Shown here piece by piece: positions 13,137-25,597 of a stretch of 64,000 nt of DNA. The DNA is from Ginglymostoma cirratum. Taxonomy: Eukaryota. Each line of letters begins with the position of its first letter. Position 1 is the first letter of the stretch. Under the pieces are notes generated by a model, which worked only from the letters and a program-made list of their open reading frames with translations, was not told the origin of the DNA and made no database searches. Made by a program: the position numbers and the translations under genes. Location: contig JAHRHZ010000092.1 in NCBI GenBank assembly GCA_024137785.1, positions 7,147,412 through 7,211,411 on the forward strand, read 5' to 3'.

Positions 13137-13355
13137 AAAAACCAAAAGAACTGCGGATGCTGTAAATCAGGAACAAAAACAAAGTTGCTGGAAAAGCTCA
13201 GCAGGTCTGGCAGCATCTGTGAAGGAGAAAACAGAGTTAATGTTTCGGGTCCAGTGATCCTTCCTCAGAACTGGACCTGAAACGTTAACTCTGTTTTCTC
13301 CTTCACAGATGCTGCCAGACCTGCTGGGCTTTTCCAGCAACTTTGTTTTTGTTGT
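13137..13355. mobile_element. palindromic Penelope-derived element, family B, with hammerhead-like core
   Basis: Inverted arms ~13172-13254 and 13271-13353; TSD tgac(t/c)gtgtttatt at 13123-13136 and 13356-13369. Confidence 0.8.
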
Positions 13356-13651
13356 TGACCGTGTTTATTGTTGGAGGGTGCTTGCAAGACTACTGATAGG
13401 TGACTGCTAAGCCCACACAATGCCCAGAAGAATCTGCTGCATTTTAAAAAAAATTAATTCACAGAATGCATACATCACTGACAAGGTTAACATTTATTGT
13501 TCATCCCTAATTGCTCCGCAACTGAATGGCTTCCCAGGCCATTTCAGAGGGCAGTTAAGAGTAAACCTCATTATCCAGGATGACACTAGCTTCATTAACA
13601 ACACAGATCTTAATTAACATTAATCTTAATTCATGTGTTTATTTTTGTTAG

Positions 13652-13793
13652 GGAATGATTGTCATCCCTCTCCTCGCATCTGTTTTGTATGACTCCAGTT
13701 GTTGGGAGAATCCAAAATCATTCAACCCAGATCGTTTTCTGGATGAGAAAGGACAATTCAAGAAAAATGAAGCTTTCATGCCATTTTCATCAG
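13652..13793 (+). CDS. CYP2-family P450, exon 8 (meander)
   Basis: tgttag|GGA...TCAG|gtttgg; 142 bp; [47 protein letters not shown]. Confidence 0.96.
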
Positions 13794-14607
13794 GTTTGGG
13801 CAATATTTTGATTGTGTGTTTTATTTTAAATTGTGAAAGTAAGGCTAAGGGACCAAAGCCCATGGTTTAATGTTGAAATGGTAAAGAGAGTAGTGCAACA
13901 GTGGAAGAGACATTATGCCAAATTTATCCTTTCAAGAACTTATAAACCAAAGTCAAGACTAAGGCCACGGAAAGAATGTGTTAGAACTGCAGGTTTCAAA
14001 TGTATGTTTAAGATTGTTAAAAGATTTATTAGGGCAAATGAAAACTATTTCCTTGGGTGACAGAGTTCAGAACAAAGGGGGCAGAACCTTAAAATTACAA
14101 TCAGGCTATTCAGGGATCATAGCAGGAAACAGTTCTTCACTCAGAGGCTAGTGGACTAAAAGGTTGGGAATAGCATTTACGCATAGGAAGTTTCCCTTTC
14201 AAAACAAAGATGAGGAGAAAATTGTCTTTTCTTAAAGGATCATTAGAGTTTGGATTTTCTTTCCTAGAAAGTATGGAACGGGGATCTCTAATTTACTCAA
14301 GGCTGAGTTGGATAGATTTTTGATAAAGAGATAGGTAGACGGTTGGAAAGTGGGGCTGAGATCACTTTCAGATCAGTTGTGATCTGGTTAAATAGTGGAG
14401 TTAGCTCAAAAGTCCAAGTGGCCTGCTCCTGTTTTTAAATCTGACATTCCTAAGTAGTGGAAACCTGGGGTCCTCTTCCCTATTAAGCTATTGAAGCTGG
14501 GAGGGTTAATCGAAAGTTTCAGAATGGACAGACTTCATTAGGCAAGGGTATTAAAAAGTTAACCAAAGTGAGCGAATGGAGTTAAGACATAGATCGGCCA
14601 TGATTTA

Positions 14608-14927
14608 TCATAGAACCTACATACAGTGTAGAAGCAGGCCATTTGGCCCATCAAGTCCACACCACCTCTCCAAAGAGCATCCCACCCAAACCCACCCCCT
14701 ACCCTATCCCTGCACTTCCCACCTTGAGACGCTATGGACAATGTAGCACAGCCAATCCACCTAACCTGCACATCTTCGGACTGCAGGAGGAAATCGGAGC
14801 ACCTGGAGGAAACCCACACAGACCTGGGGGAGAAAGTGCAAACTCCACACAGACAGTCACCTGAGGCTGGAATCAAATCTGGATCCCTGGCGCTATGACG
14901 CAGCAGTGCTAACCACTGAGCCGCTAG
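14608..14927 (-). mobile_element. HE1-like V-SINE inserted among CR1 3' fragments (~14040-14950)
   Basis: Same family as 7817-8140, reverse strand. Confidence 0.85.
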
Positions 14928-15916
14928 CACAGGGGCTCAAGGGTCTCCTCCTGCTCCTATATCTGGGGCAGTGTACCTGAAGCTTAGAAAGAATGAAAGA
15001 TTCAAAACAAGGCAGCTGCCCTTAATCTCTGAAAAACATGAGCTTCATATTCTGTAATTTTACTTAAGCTCTGTACTAATTTAGAAGACTTAAAAACATC
15101 TATAATAGGAGTCATTCATGTCTTTTGTGTCTGAAGCAGAGTTAGTGATTGAAGCAGAGGCTGTGGGCCTGAATTTTAACCTCCAGTGGGTAGTTAGCAA
15201 TGGGCAAACTGTGCTGATGAGTTCATGCATCACTCGCCCGTGGCAAATGTTTACATTCTGCTGTTAATTACATGCTTGGTAGTTGGTTGTTGGGAATGGG
15301 GAGGGCAAGTTGTCCACCAACATGAGGTAGAGAGTAGGATCTGCATTAGGGGACAACACTCTTGTGCTCAGAGAGTGGTGAGTGATGTGGGCCTAAACCT
15401 TCCTACTAGGGACAACTGAGATGAACTACAATGTATAGCACACTTCCACCAGCATTTAATGCTTCAAAGTGGCCTAAATTACAATGGAGTCTGAGACCTT
15501 TATATCCTCTCGTCACATACCTTGATACAGAGATGATATTATGAACATATCTCTTAAAGGGATACCACATACTAACTGAGACATAACACAACGCTGAGAG
15601 ATGTTTCTCCAAGAGAGACTAGCTCTAGGGGAGACAGTTTAAGAATACTAGGTTGATCTTTTAAAAGGGAATCAAGGAGAATTATTTTCTCTTAGAGTGG
15701 CATTGGCCCATTGAATATTCCTCCCAAGAGACTAGTAAAGTCTGGGTCATTGAGCATTTTAAGGCTGAGTTAGATTTTTGATCAGTAACGGAATCAAAAT
15801 GAATGGCCGGATCCTACTCCTAATTTGTACGCTCGTAGGTCCATGTTTTGGTAACTCTCCATTACTCTGTTATAGTGAAGCCAGTTCCTTACACACCTGG
15901 ATTACTTGTCTTACAG

Positions 15917-16107
15917 GGAACCGCATGTGCATCGGTGAGACCGTAGCTCAGATGCAGCTGTTCCTGTTCCTCACAGCCTTGCTGCAGAACTTCACCTTGA
16001 GATCCCCGGCAGATCCACACATCATCGATATCAGCCCGCTGTCCAGTGGTTTCTCAACCCTACATCGGCCATACCAGCTGTATTGCGTTCCTCGCAAATC
16101 AGCATGA
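15917..16107 (+). CDS. CYP2-family P450, exon 9 (heme-binding Cys, stop)
   Basis: ttacag|GG; completes FSSGNRMCIG (FxxGxRxCxG); ends PYQLYCVPRKSA-TGA. Confidence 0.96.
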
Positions 16108-16512
16108 GACACAGCCAGTGAGTGATGCATTTTTGAGGGAAAAAAAGCCACATGATCAGTAGATCAAAATGACCCTCACAACAATGTGGTACAAGAAACT
16201 AGCTTTTTTCAAAATAATTTGTTTTTAGGATGGGGACAGTTGGAGTCATCTGTTCACTCTAGTCAACTTGTTAGTGTGACACTGGACTGGACCAGACAGG
16301 AACGCAACAGCTTCACTTCTCTGGAAGACAATGAACAAGTTGGTTCTACACAACTAATAGCAATATCACTGAAAATAACTTCCACTCTTTAAACGTGTCA
16401 AAATATTATCTTGAATGAAAAAGATGTGAAAAGTTATTTGAAGGTTTTCATGGTGAGAAGAGTAACATTACAGAAGACAAATTTTCTCTTATGTCACATT
16501 CAATGTTCTCGG

Positions 16513-16518
16513 AATAAA
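16513..16518 (+). promoter_or_regulatory. candidate poly(A) signal of the CYP2 gene
   Basis: First AATAAA seen, about 400 nt after the stop codon; no transcript evidence. Confidence 0.4.
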
Positions 16519-19500
16519 GCAGTTGCTACCTTACAAGATTTCCTTAGCAGGACTTGTAGACCTGAACATTTCTGGCAGCATACTCTACCCATCACCTGAA
16601 ACAATGATGGAACAGGTGAAAGAGGTATAACATCGAAGATCCAGCTGCAGGCAGTGAGCCATGGAGGGGGTCATTGCACCCAACTGCCTGCTTGTCTTCT
16701 GTGGTTACACCCACACCGACACCTAGCCATCCTTAGGGAAGGCGGTACAGGGTATGCATCAGGACACTTCAGACCTTCTGCAATAGGCAGGCATCACATG
16801 GGATGGAGTGCATCATCACACCAAACAATATTTTAAACTCGGTGATGTGATTTTTGATACAATGGCTGCCTGCTGTCAGAGGAACACAGATATTGTAGGG
16901 CTGGAGGAGGCAATAGAGAAAGGAGGGGGAATGAGATCACAAAACAATTTGAACATGAGCATGAAGATGTGGTGTTGAGTGGCTGAAAGCTAAACTGGCC
17001 AGCAAGAAGTGCAGAAGGCACCAGGGCAGGAACACAGTAATCTAGGGTTTAAGGTGGAATATGGAGTTAATTGGGGAAAGCATGATGGGCAAAAAGGCAT
17101 AGATGAGAGTTTTAGCAGTACATAGGCTGGATGGACCCAGACATTATGCAGCTGGATGTAGTCTTTCAGACGGAATAGATTTGCAGTTGGAAGCTCAATT
17201 TGACTTTCAAACAGAAAACCAAGGTTGCAATGACAACAGTTCATTCAACTTGAGACAGTTGCTAGGAAAGTGATCAACAGATAGGAATATGTGACTAGTA
17301 AATTTGAGTGCAAGTAGGAACTGAATTACTTCAGCTTCATGGGTTAGGTTGGATGTGATGCAAACAAAGATGCTATAAAGTTTTTTGCATGATAGAATTA
17401 GCTTCACTGCTTCTGGAAGGCTTTTCCACTCCCATGAGCTCATGTCAGTAACTCAAGCAATTGTTTATTTCTAATGCCAAACCCATCAAGGTATCTCTAG
17501 AATTAAAATTTGCAGCCTGAAATAATTCCTTTGGCATAACAGAATTGATCTAACTTCTTCAGCAGTTTCTCATGCAGCTGCATCTGTTCAGTGAGTACTT
17601 TGCCTACTTTGAGGAAATGTATGTTGTCAATTTTCTAAAAATGATACTTTGTTCTTTGATTTGAACTCTAGAAATATTGTGTCTTACCACCATTGTGTAA
17701 CTATATTGCTCATAAATAAATCCAACTTTTAGCCTGAGTGTAATGGCTTGACTCTGTGCTATTTGTGACTGTAAAGTAAAATGCAAAGTGATGATCATTT
17801 CATATCATCTCGGATTTAAAAAGCTTTGTTAAATGCTATCTTGCTAGTCTCCTGATACATGCCACTCGAATAAAAATGCAGATTGAAATTCATAAAATAT
17901 CTGCTGCAAGCTGCTTTTTCAGTATTGGGACAAACCTAGATAAACACATTTCAGTTTTGAATTTAGGAAAATTTCAAGCATTACCCCAATATTTTTATAC
18001 AACAGTAATGGAAGCTGCAAATTTCAAGGCTAATTTACAATACTCTAAAACTATTGTTTACATGCAGTTGACAATGGGGCAGTGATTGAAGAGCAACTAA
18101 CGAATTCAACTCCCAGACTGGAGAAACTTCAACTGACAGGCTAGCACTGTGGACTGGTGGTTTTGCATCAGCATGAAGCATTTAAAGGTCTGGGAAAATA
18201 CTGGCCAGAAACAGGGCAGAATTCCAGCTACTGAAACTTATTGCTGATATCTACACAGGTATTTCAATGTACAACTGAGAGAATGATGCATTTATCAGAG
18301 AGGCTGTCATTTAGATGAGGTTTGTTCATGGATACATCATATTTGTTCAGCACCTAAGTTCTTGAAAGTCCCTCAAACTGAGCTCCAGAATGAAAATTTC
18401 CTCATTGTACTTTATGGCATTTTACTGTGCATGAACGTTTACTTATACAGTAGGAAAATTTGAAGGAAATTTGTTAACAATGAAGTTTGTTGAGGGGTCC
18501 TGAAGTTGTGAAAGGTACAACACCAAAATGCTTCATTGCTGTTGATCATATTTTCATTTAACATACTGCCTGTTCCTCTAGCATAGGCCAACACGTGATA
18601 AATATTCTGCAGAGGCCTCAAAACTTTAAAGTGTGCCAACACAGCCATAACTGCTGTCAAACCAAGGTATGTGGTCAGCATGAGAAAAAGTCAGAGAAAC
18701 AAGGTGATACCGGGAAATCTTACATGCTTTGCAGCTTTTGAAGAAGCTGGGATGAAAACTTCAGGTATCCTAATTATCAAAGTGTCTATGCAACTACATT
18801 TACAGAAACAGCTGTCATTGTACAAACAGAAATAATTTAACACGTTTATAAAAAGCCTCCAGGTTGATCATCTGGATTCCAAAGCTGGGTTATGTAGCTG
18901 CTCTTTTGTTGCATATTGACCTCTTCCACTTATAAAGCTGATCAGCTGCTTAAAATGATAAATACCAATTACAAACAATGTACAGATCAGTTTAAAATAT
19001 TTTTAATTTTTTTTGCTTAAACATAATTGTTCTGTTTTATTCAGTGTAATAAAGTACTGACAAAGTCACAAAGTAATAGCTTTTGAACTTAACCAAATGT
19101 AAAGTTAAATGGCAGATTATCAACAGGGAAAGAGAGCAATGTTTGCACGCTATGAAGCATTTAGTCTAGCTTGACAACCTGGCAGGACATAGGCATCTTG
19201 GTGATCGTTATTCCTAAGATTACTTAACAAATATTCTTGTAATAACTGGCCTTTGCCTCTATCAGAATGGAGAAGCGCTTTCCTATATGGATCAGTGACA
19301 ACACAAAACTAGTGAAATTTACAAAAGATAGCACTTTTCCAAGACAAGCAATCTCTATAAGCTATCTGTAAAGTGAAATGAAACACACCATCAGTAGTCT
19401 GTGGGTCACTACAGTGCAGGTCGCTATCTTGTACACAATAATTTCCTGAAGGTTTTTAAGAGGTTTTTTCCCCCTCCTCCTCACCCTCTGTGGTAATTTC

Positions 19501-21509
19501 ATTTGCCTTTGGTGCCATTTCCACTGAGCCTTTTCTTGCATTCCATCAACAAGTCAACAGGTTATGCAATTGCAGAACAGCATTTTAAAAATCTGTTCCA
19601 TCATCATCCACACAGCCTCACTCTCAGTAGGGCCAAATCACAAAATATGACCCCTGCCAAAGCAAACAGCCTTTGGCTGGATTTTTATATTAATTAGCTC
19701 ACTTTATTCTTCAAAAATCACACCCAATTTTCAATGCACAAATTTCTGGACTAAAAATCAAGCAGCTTCTGAACAGGCATGTGATCTATTGCACAGATTA
19801 TCACTTAGGCTGTGAAAGTAGCAAAGCAAACCTGCATCTAACAAGGGCCAAAGCTGGGTCCTAGTAGACCTGTATAGTTCAGTGACTCATTGAGGGCACC
19901 TTTCTCAGTCACCTGGGGAACCCTCTCTGTATATATTCGATCACGTTTAATCTTCTGTGATACTTATTCCAAACCAAGAGTTCCTGCATCTCATCACGCC
20001 TGTCCAAAATAGGTTATTATTAAGAGTTACTTGAGCTATTCACTCAAGTGACAAGATATCAGGAGAGTGGAGAAAATTCGGTAAATTGAATGTTCAAAAT
20101 TTGGTTCCCTGTGATAAATCCTTATCTGCCTCAAGTGCAGAGAAATGAGTGATCCCATGATGAATAACTTCAAATGAAAATATTTAGTGGTCAAGTAACA
20201 TGCAGGGAGTAAACACAATTGAATCAAATATCGTAATTACTTAATAATTACAGCAGAAGGCATTCAGCCCATCTTGCCTGCCTAATCAGTTCTGAGTAAA
20301 TTTATCTAGGTTGGCATTTTCATGTCTAGATTTGGATCAAGTTATTCACCTCCAGCTAACAAACAATGCTTTTCAAAAATTGTTTTCTTATTTGGAGTAT
20401 TCCAAATAAAGACAATTTGTTCCAGAAGTGGAGATCACAACTTCTTGTGATAAAAGGCTTAAATTACAGAATTACTGGGTATTTGCTGTCTCAACAAGTC
20501 TTAGAATATCTTCACTTACCTTCCTCGTGCACAGCACCTCAGGAAGGATAACTGACCAAGGCAGTCACCTCTCTTTCCCCCACCCACTTCTTCAGATACA
20601 ATCAGATACATACCATACTCCTTTCAGGGATGAAGATTGTGTGAAGGAAGTGAAGTAAAACATAAACAAAAACTAAGAGATAGGCAGATGTGTTTTTATT
20701 AACAGTATATGCTTGTCAGCTTTTGGAGATGGAAGACAATTTTTTTCAGTTCATCAGCCAAAGTGGCAGTGAAATAAACTGACTGCCTGAATGATATTGT
20801 AAAATGATTTGGTTTGGTTTGTACACACAATATGGAGTGTTTAGTTCTTCCTTTGAATCCCTGCTTTTTACAATTAGGACAGTTGCCAGACCTGAAGCGT
20901 GTCCAGATATAGTTCTGAGCGTTCCTTGTCACCCAAGATAGGTATAATACTAAAACCCAACATTGAGATCAAAAATATTCCTTGCGCCCTTAATTATATT
21001 TCACACAAACACAAGTTTTCACACAACGTTATTGAGAGCAGTAACACCAAAAAGCTGTGTGTGTGTCATTCAATTGTAAATCTTCCCTAGATACAAAAAG
21101 CTGTTTCAACCAGACTCAACAGAAATGCACAAGCAAAGTCACATGAATAGTTATACATTATATAAAAAAAGTTAACATATTCAAGGTTCTAATTGTTTTG
21201 AAGAAATTTTGTCATTAATTACCGACAAAATATCAACAGCTTATTAACAGTAAAAAGTTACATAAAAATCTAAAAAGGCGTTATTACACGAAACATCCCA
21301 GAATCTTAAAACTGTTTATTCCTTCTTCTTTGCAACTTTTTCAATTTTACAATCACTACTACTATATCGACACAATAAAATGACTGAAAACTGGTGTGTT
21401 TCACACCCTGATGCAGCTTTTAAATCTTAAATACAACAGACTGCTAGTAGAATAATTCTGTGTTTTTTTTAAAAAATGGTTTTGTGACGATAGCTTTAGA
21501 ATTTGGGTT

Positions 21510-21623
21510 TTACTGTGTCCCAGAGCCCTGAGAGCCTCCTGAGTAATTCCCATAGCTGTAGTTCCCGTAGTAGTGGTTCCACTGACTCTGGTTCTGGTAA
21601 TATTGGCTCCACTGCTGAGCATA
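21510..21623 (-). CDS. HNRNPUL1: HNRNPUL1 last coding exon (approx. exon 15)
   Basis: ctccag|TAT; [40 protein letters not shown], similar to the human C-terminus YAQQWNQYYQNQ...STQ. Confidence 0.93.
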   Translation of the reverse strand, partial: YAQQWSQYYQNQSQWNHYYGNYSYGNYSGGSQGSGTQ

Positions 21624-22467
21624 CTGGAGAACAAAAGGAATACGGGCAATGTTAAATCCACATAGATCAAGATTCACTGAAAACAATGAACATTTCAAAA
21701 TAAGTCCAAGTGATTATAAAAACCATAGGTCCATGTACCTTTTCTTAAATGATATATGAAATGGTGGCCATTGCTGTGAGATCAAGAACTGGTTTTATAC
21801 AACAACTTGCATGGACTGAATGTTATGATTTGTTAGAATATATCCACCGTCAAATTACTTCTGTTCTGCCTCATTATGTTGAGTTTTAATTTCAAGCTGT
21901 AATCATGGGCAGATTTTATCTCATTGCCCTTTAACAGCTGGACCCTATATAATGGGGAAGGCTGGAAATAGGAAGTCCTTTCTCCCTCCCATATTAAGTC
22001 CTGTGTGGGACACATTTGAGAACAGCCTTCCTGTAGGTATATCATCAAGTACACACCGCCAGCCACCTGTGGTCTCAGAAGAGCCTTATGCTTGGACAGC
22101 TTGTGTTCATTGAAGGGATCTGCTGATGATTAGCATTGCCCGTGGGCAAGATTCTCTCCCGTTGCCCTCCTCACCCTAAGCCTACCTGACTTATCCCTGG
22201 CAAGCCTGTCCCAGCTAGTTGCCCTGGGACTCAGTGACTGGGCCTCCTCCCAGGGTTTTCTGCAGTACTGAGAGTGGCCACCAGTCCCAGTGGCACTGCT
22301 GAGACCAGAGAAGTTGCCAGTTTCTGACTGACTAGCAGCTCTTGAAGGCACGACGTCTGTCCTACAGAACCCAGTAAACCTGACTCTGACCAGGTAGGTG
22401 CCTGATTCCTGACGCTAAAAGAGATTTAGAACATGCATTCCAACATTTTGAGTCTATGAAAAATCAC

Positions 22468-22695
22468 CTGCTGGTACTGGTTGGGGTACTGTTGGGTGTA
22501 AGGTTGCGTTGCTGTCTGAGGCTGAGTGTAGCCTTGGTTATAGCTCCCGTAGCTGCTATAGTTTCCGTAGCTGTAATTAGGAGTGTATGCTTGATTGTAG
22601 CCCTGACTGTAACTCTGAGCGTACGTTGTCGGTGTTGTCGTTGGTGCTGCTGGCGCAGGCGCAGGCGCAGGCGCAGGCGCTGGTGCTGGTGCTGG
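22468..22695 (-). CDS. HNRNPUL1: HNRNPUL1 exon ~14 (PA repeat, Y/Q/S-rich low-complexity domain)
   Basis: tttcag|CCA...CAG|gtgatt; 228 bp, phase 0/0; (PA)8[60 protein letters not shown] (the ORF track shows a different frame here). Confidence 0.9.
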
Positions 22696-22949
22696 CTGAA
22701 ATCGAAATAAAACATGGCAAATTTATTACAGATTTGGTAATTAAGCTCAGAATGGGTAAACAGATAACCTTTCATCTGCAGTTTTCTTGATTTAATTGTT
22801 CTGTAGCAAATCCAATAAAGTGGGCTTGGGAGCGAGGATTAATCAAAAAATGTCAGCACTAGCCCCACAGATGCCAACAAGGATCCAGACAAACTAAGAA
22901 GCACTAAGTTGAAAATTAATTGAAGAATCCAAACACAAGTAAACATGAC

Positions 22950-23280
22950 TCAGTGGCTGTGCACACATCACAAAGTTAGAAGGTCATGGGTTCATAACCA
23001 TTTATGGATAAGGAATATGAGAGAGGGTCGCATTGTTGGAGCTGCATCTGAGAAACACTGGTTAGTGCCATGGACATCAGTTCAAAAGAGCAAGGAATGA
23101 GTGCTCGTAAACACTTATCCTTCCACAAACATGACGAAGACACTTATCTATAATGTGCATGACTTTGCCAAAGACAAAATGACTGTCAGGTGTATCCATA
23201 AAAACAGTGACTAGAATTCAACAAAATTGGCTTGAAACATTTTGCAGATATGAAAGACTCTATATAGATATAGCTTTTGC
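22950..23280 (+). mobile_element. LF-SINE-like element (very degenerate)
   Basis: gactcagtgg...catgggttc...gcattgttggagctgcatc...aacagtgacta...ctatatagat. Confidence 0.5.
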
Positions 23281-23413
23281 ATAAGAACATAAATCCCATA
23301 AAACTGGTTGCTCACTCCCACCCTCATATCCAATAAACAAAGCAACTGCAACTGATTCCAGCTTACTTCCATCTACCCTTCCTCCTGCCTGATTATGTAT
23401 CAGTGATGGTTAC

Positions 23414-23550
23414 CTGACTCTGATTGTAGCTGGTTTTGTTGTAGGTAGGTGTGCGGGTTGAGTTGTAGCTCTGGGTACGATTGTAGGTACCACGGTTGTT
23501 GGTGCTGCTGTTGGTCCAACGGTTCTGTGTGTTACTTCCACGATTGTAGC
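23414..23550 (-). CDS. HNRNPUL1: HNRNPUL1 exon ~13
   Basis: attcag|GC...CAG|gtaacc; 137 bp, phase 1/0; GYNRGSNTQNRWTNSSTNNRGTYNRTQSYNSTRTPTYNKTSYNQSQ. Confidence 0.88.
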
Positions 23551-24320
23551 CTGAATTTAACAACAGAGAGATTTTAATTCGTGACTCATACAAGTTCTGA
23601 ATCTATGCTGGGCATCAATAGGCTGAAAACGTTCCAACAACAGGTGAACGTAACAGCAGGAGTGGGCCATTCAGCTTATTCCATAATTCAATTCTCTGTC
23701 TCTAATCTATCCATGTGCCTTGTTCCATAACCATTAATAACAGTGCTTATCAAAAATCTCAGATTAAGTTTTGAAGTCTTCCACTGAACCATTCAGATTT
23801 CCATCAGGATGTGGTTTGAATTTTAAAGCACCCTGGAAGAAGTACGGAAGGTTGTGGAGTTGGGGGATGGGACAGAGGTGTGATTATCATGACACTGGTG
23901 CTGTTCTCAATATCTATCCAATTTTACCAATACAGGGGAGGCTCAGTGTTCCACTCACACATGGACCTACTGGGATCTTTACTTGAGAACCATTGCTTGC
24001 TGCCAATGCCTAGTCACAAGGGCCTAGAGGCTGGGGTGGGAGTGGATGCTTCCTTGACAGGTGCACTGTATCCATCAGAGGTCACCTTTCTGTTTCGAAC
24101 CACAGACCTTGTTATACCCTGTCGATCACCTTGTCTAGGTGAGTTCCCATCTTACACTTGGCTCTAATGCTCAACATCTTCCACTCAAACTCACTGCTGT
24201 CCCAGGACAGGCTACATCTGCTGGAGGTGCTGCTGTGACATGAAAGCTGCCAATAAACTGCTCCCAACACTGTCCCCAACCACTGAGTGGTTGTCAGCTC
24301 AGAGGTAGTATTTCCAGAGG

Positions 24321-24535
24321 TTGTTGACTTGCTCACCGAGCTGGCTTGTTTTTGTTCAGACATTTCGTCACCATGCCAAGTAACATCATCAGTGGAGTCG
24401 CTGAGGAAGCCTTCATTGGAGGCTCCAGTGATGATGTCACCTAGCATGGTAACGAAATATCTGAAAAAAAAACAAGCCAGCTCAGCGAGCAAGTCAACAA
24501 CATCATCCACAACCCGAGCTACAGATCTTTGCCAA
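24321..24535. mobile_element. palindromic Penelope-like element, family D, with hammerhead-like cores
   Basis: Inverted arms 24321-24397 and 24423-24500, each with (C/G)TGATGA-T-stem-GAAA. Confidence 0.7.
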
Positions 24536-24861
24536 TACTTTAAACAACTGTGGGATTTCCTCTTGGTGGAGGCCAAATGCCCTACCTCAAGCCAATTATA
24601 ATGGTCCAACAGCCATTTAATGCCTGTAGGGAAAACTGGCCAAGTGGAAGTAGGATCACCCCTGACTTTTACATCAGGCAGGGTGGAACCACTACTCCCA
24701 GAGTAAAATTCAGTCTGTGTGTGAACAAGTGCTCCTGATGTCATCTTAAACGATGTGACCTTTTCATCATTAGCTACTAAGTGGAGCCACAAATGCTCCA
24801 TTGATGCCAACTTAAAACAAATGTAAACTTGGAACCTCTCTGAACAGCCCCAGCCACTTAC

Positions 24862-25104
24862 CTGGTCGGAATCCACCACGGGTGAACCCACGTGTTGCCT
24901 GCCCACCACGACTGTCAAATCGGTTGAAGTTTCCACGTCCACGGAAGCCACCAGATCGGTTGTCAAACCGCTTGTCCGGGGGAGGGCCGGCCCTTTTCCC
25001 TTCCTCGTTGTACTCACTCACCAGCTTCAGTGACTCCTCCTTCTGCAGCTCTACGTAGGTGACATCATCCAGGAACTCATCGGCTTCGGGCAGGGTGAAG
25101 TTCG
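24862..25104 (-). CDS. HNRNPUL1: HNRNPUL1 exon ~12 (RGG region)
   Basis: tctcag|CG...CCAG|gtaagt; 243 bp; [58 protein letters not shown]...RGGFRP. Confidence 0.95.
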
Positions 25105-25597
25105 CTGAGAGCCACATGCACAAAACAAAAAACAATAGGAAAAGAAGAAACACAAGAAGAGACATATTAATGGCCGATCCCAGGTCTGGCAAAAGTAAAG
25201 ATCGAACCTCCACAGGACGGATCTTTGCGCCAGGGGGCCAATGCCACTCATCGCTGGGAGAAAGTAGGGTGCAAGGAAAAAAAAATTAAAGAAAAAAAAT
25301 ACTGCGATCACCGGAATACTGCTTCTGAATTTCCAAGCAGATCACTTGACATTGTGTAACTGGTTGCCATCAACGCACTTATGGACACCACATAAATCAG
25401 AGAATCTGGTGATGGCCATGACATTCTTGGTGTACTAACCTGGGGTTTATAGTGTGTACATCTGGTAAGAGGAAAGAGACGGTGAAATGGGTTTGATGTG
25501 GGGACGATAACAAAGGATGAAGAAGGGAAGAGAGCTATCTGACTGCGTTTTTTCCTGCTGACTGTTTTAAACAGGGTGGGTGTTTCCAGTTTCCTAC

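Noticed and set aside
22456-22790. ORFs with poly-R, (RL)n or (AQ)n tracts
   Set aside because: Wrong-frame or antisense readings of the hexamer repeat; splice phases support the (PA)n frame.
24112-25017. 301-aa minus-strand ORF
   Set aside because: Starts in an alternative frame of HNRNPUL1 exon ~12 and runs through intron and a palindromic repeat; no recognisable domain.
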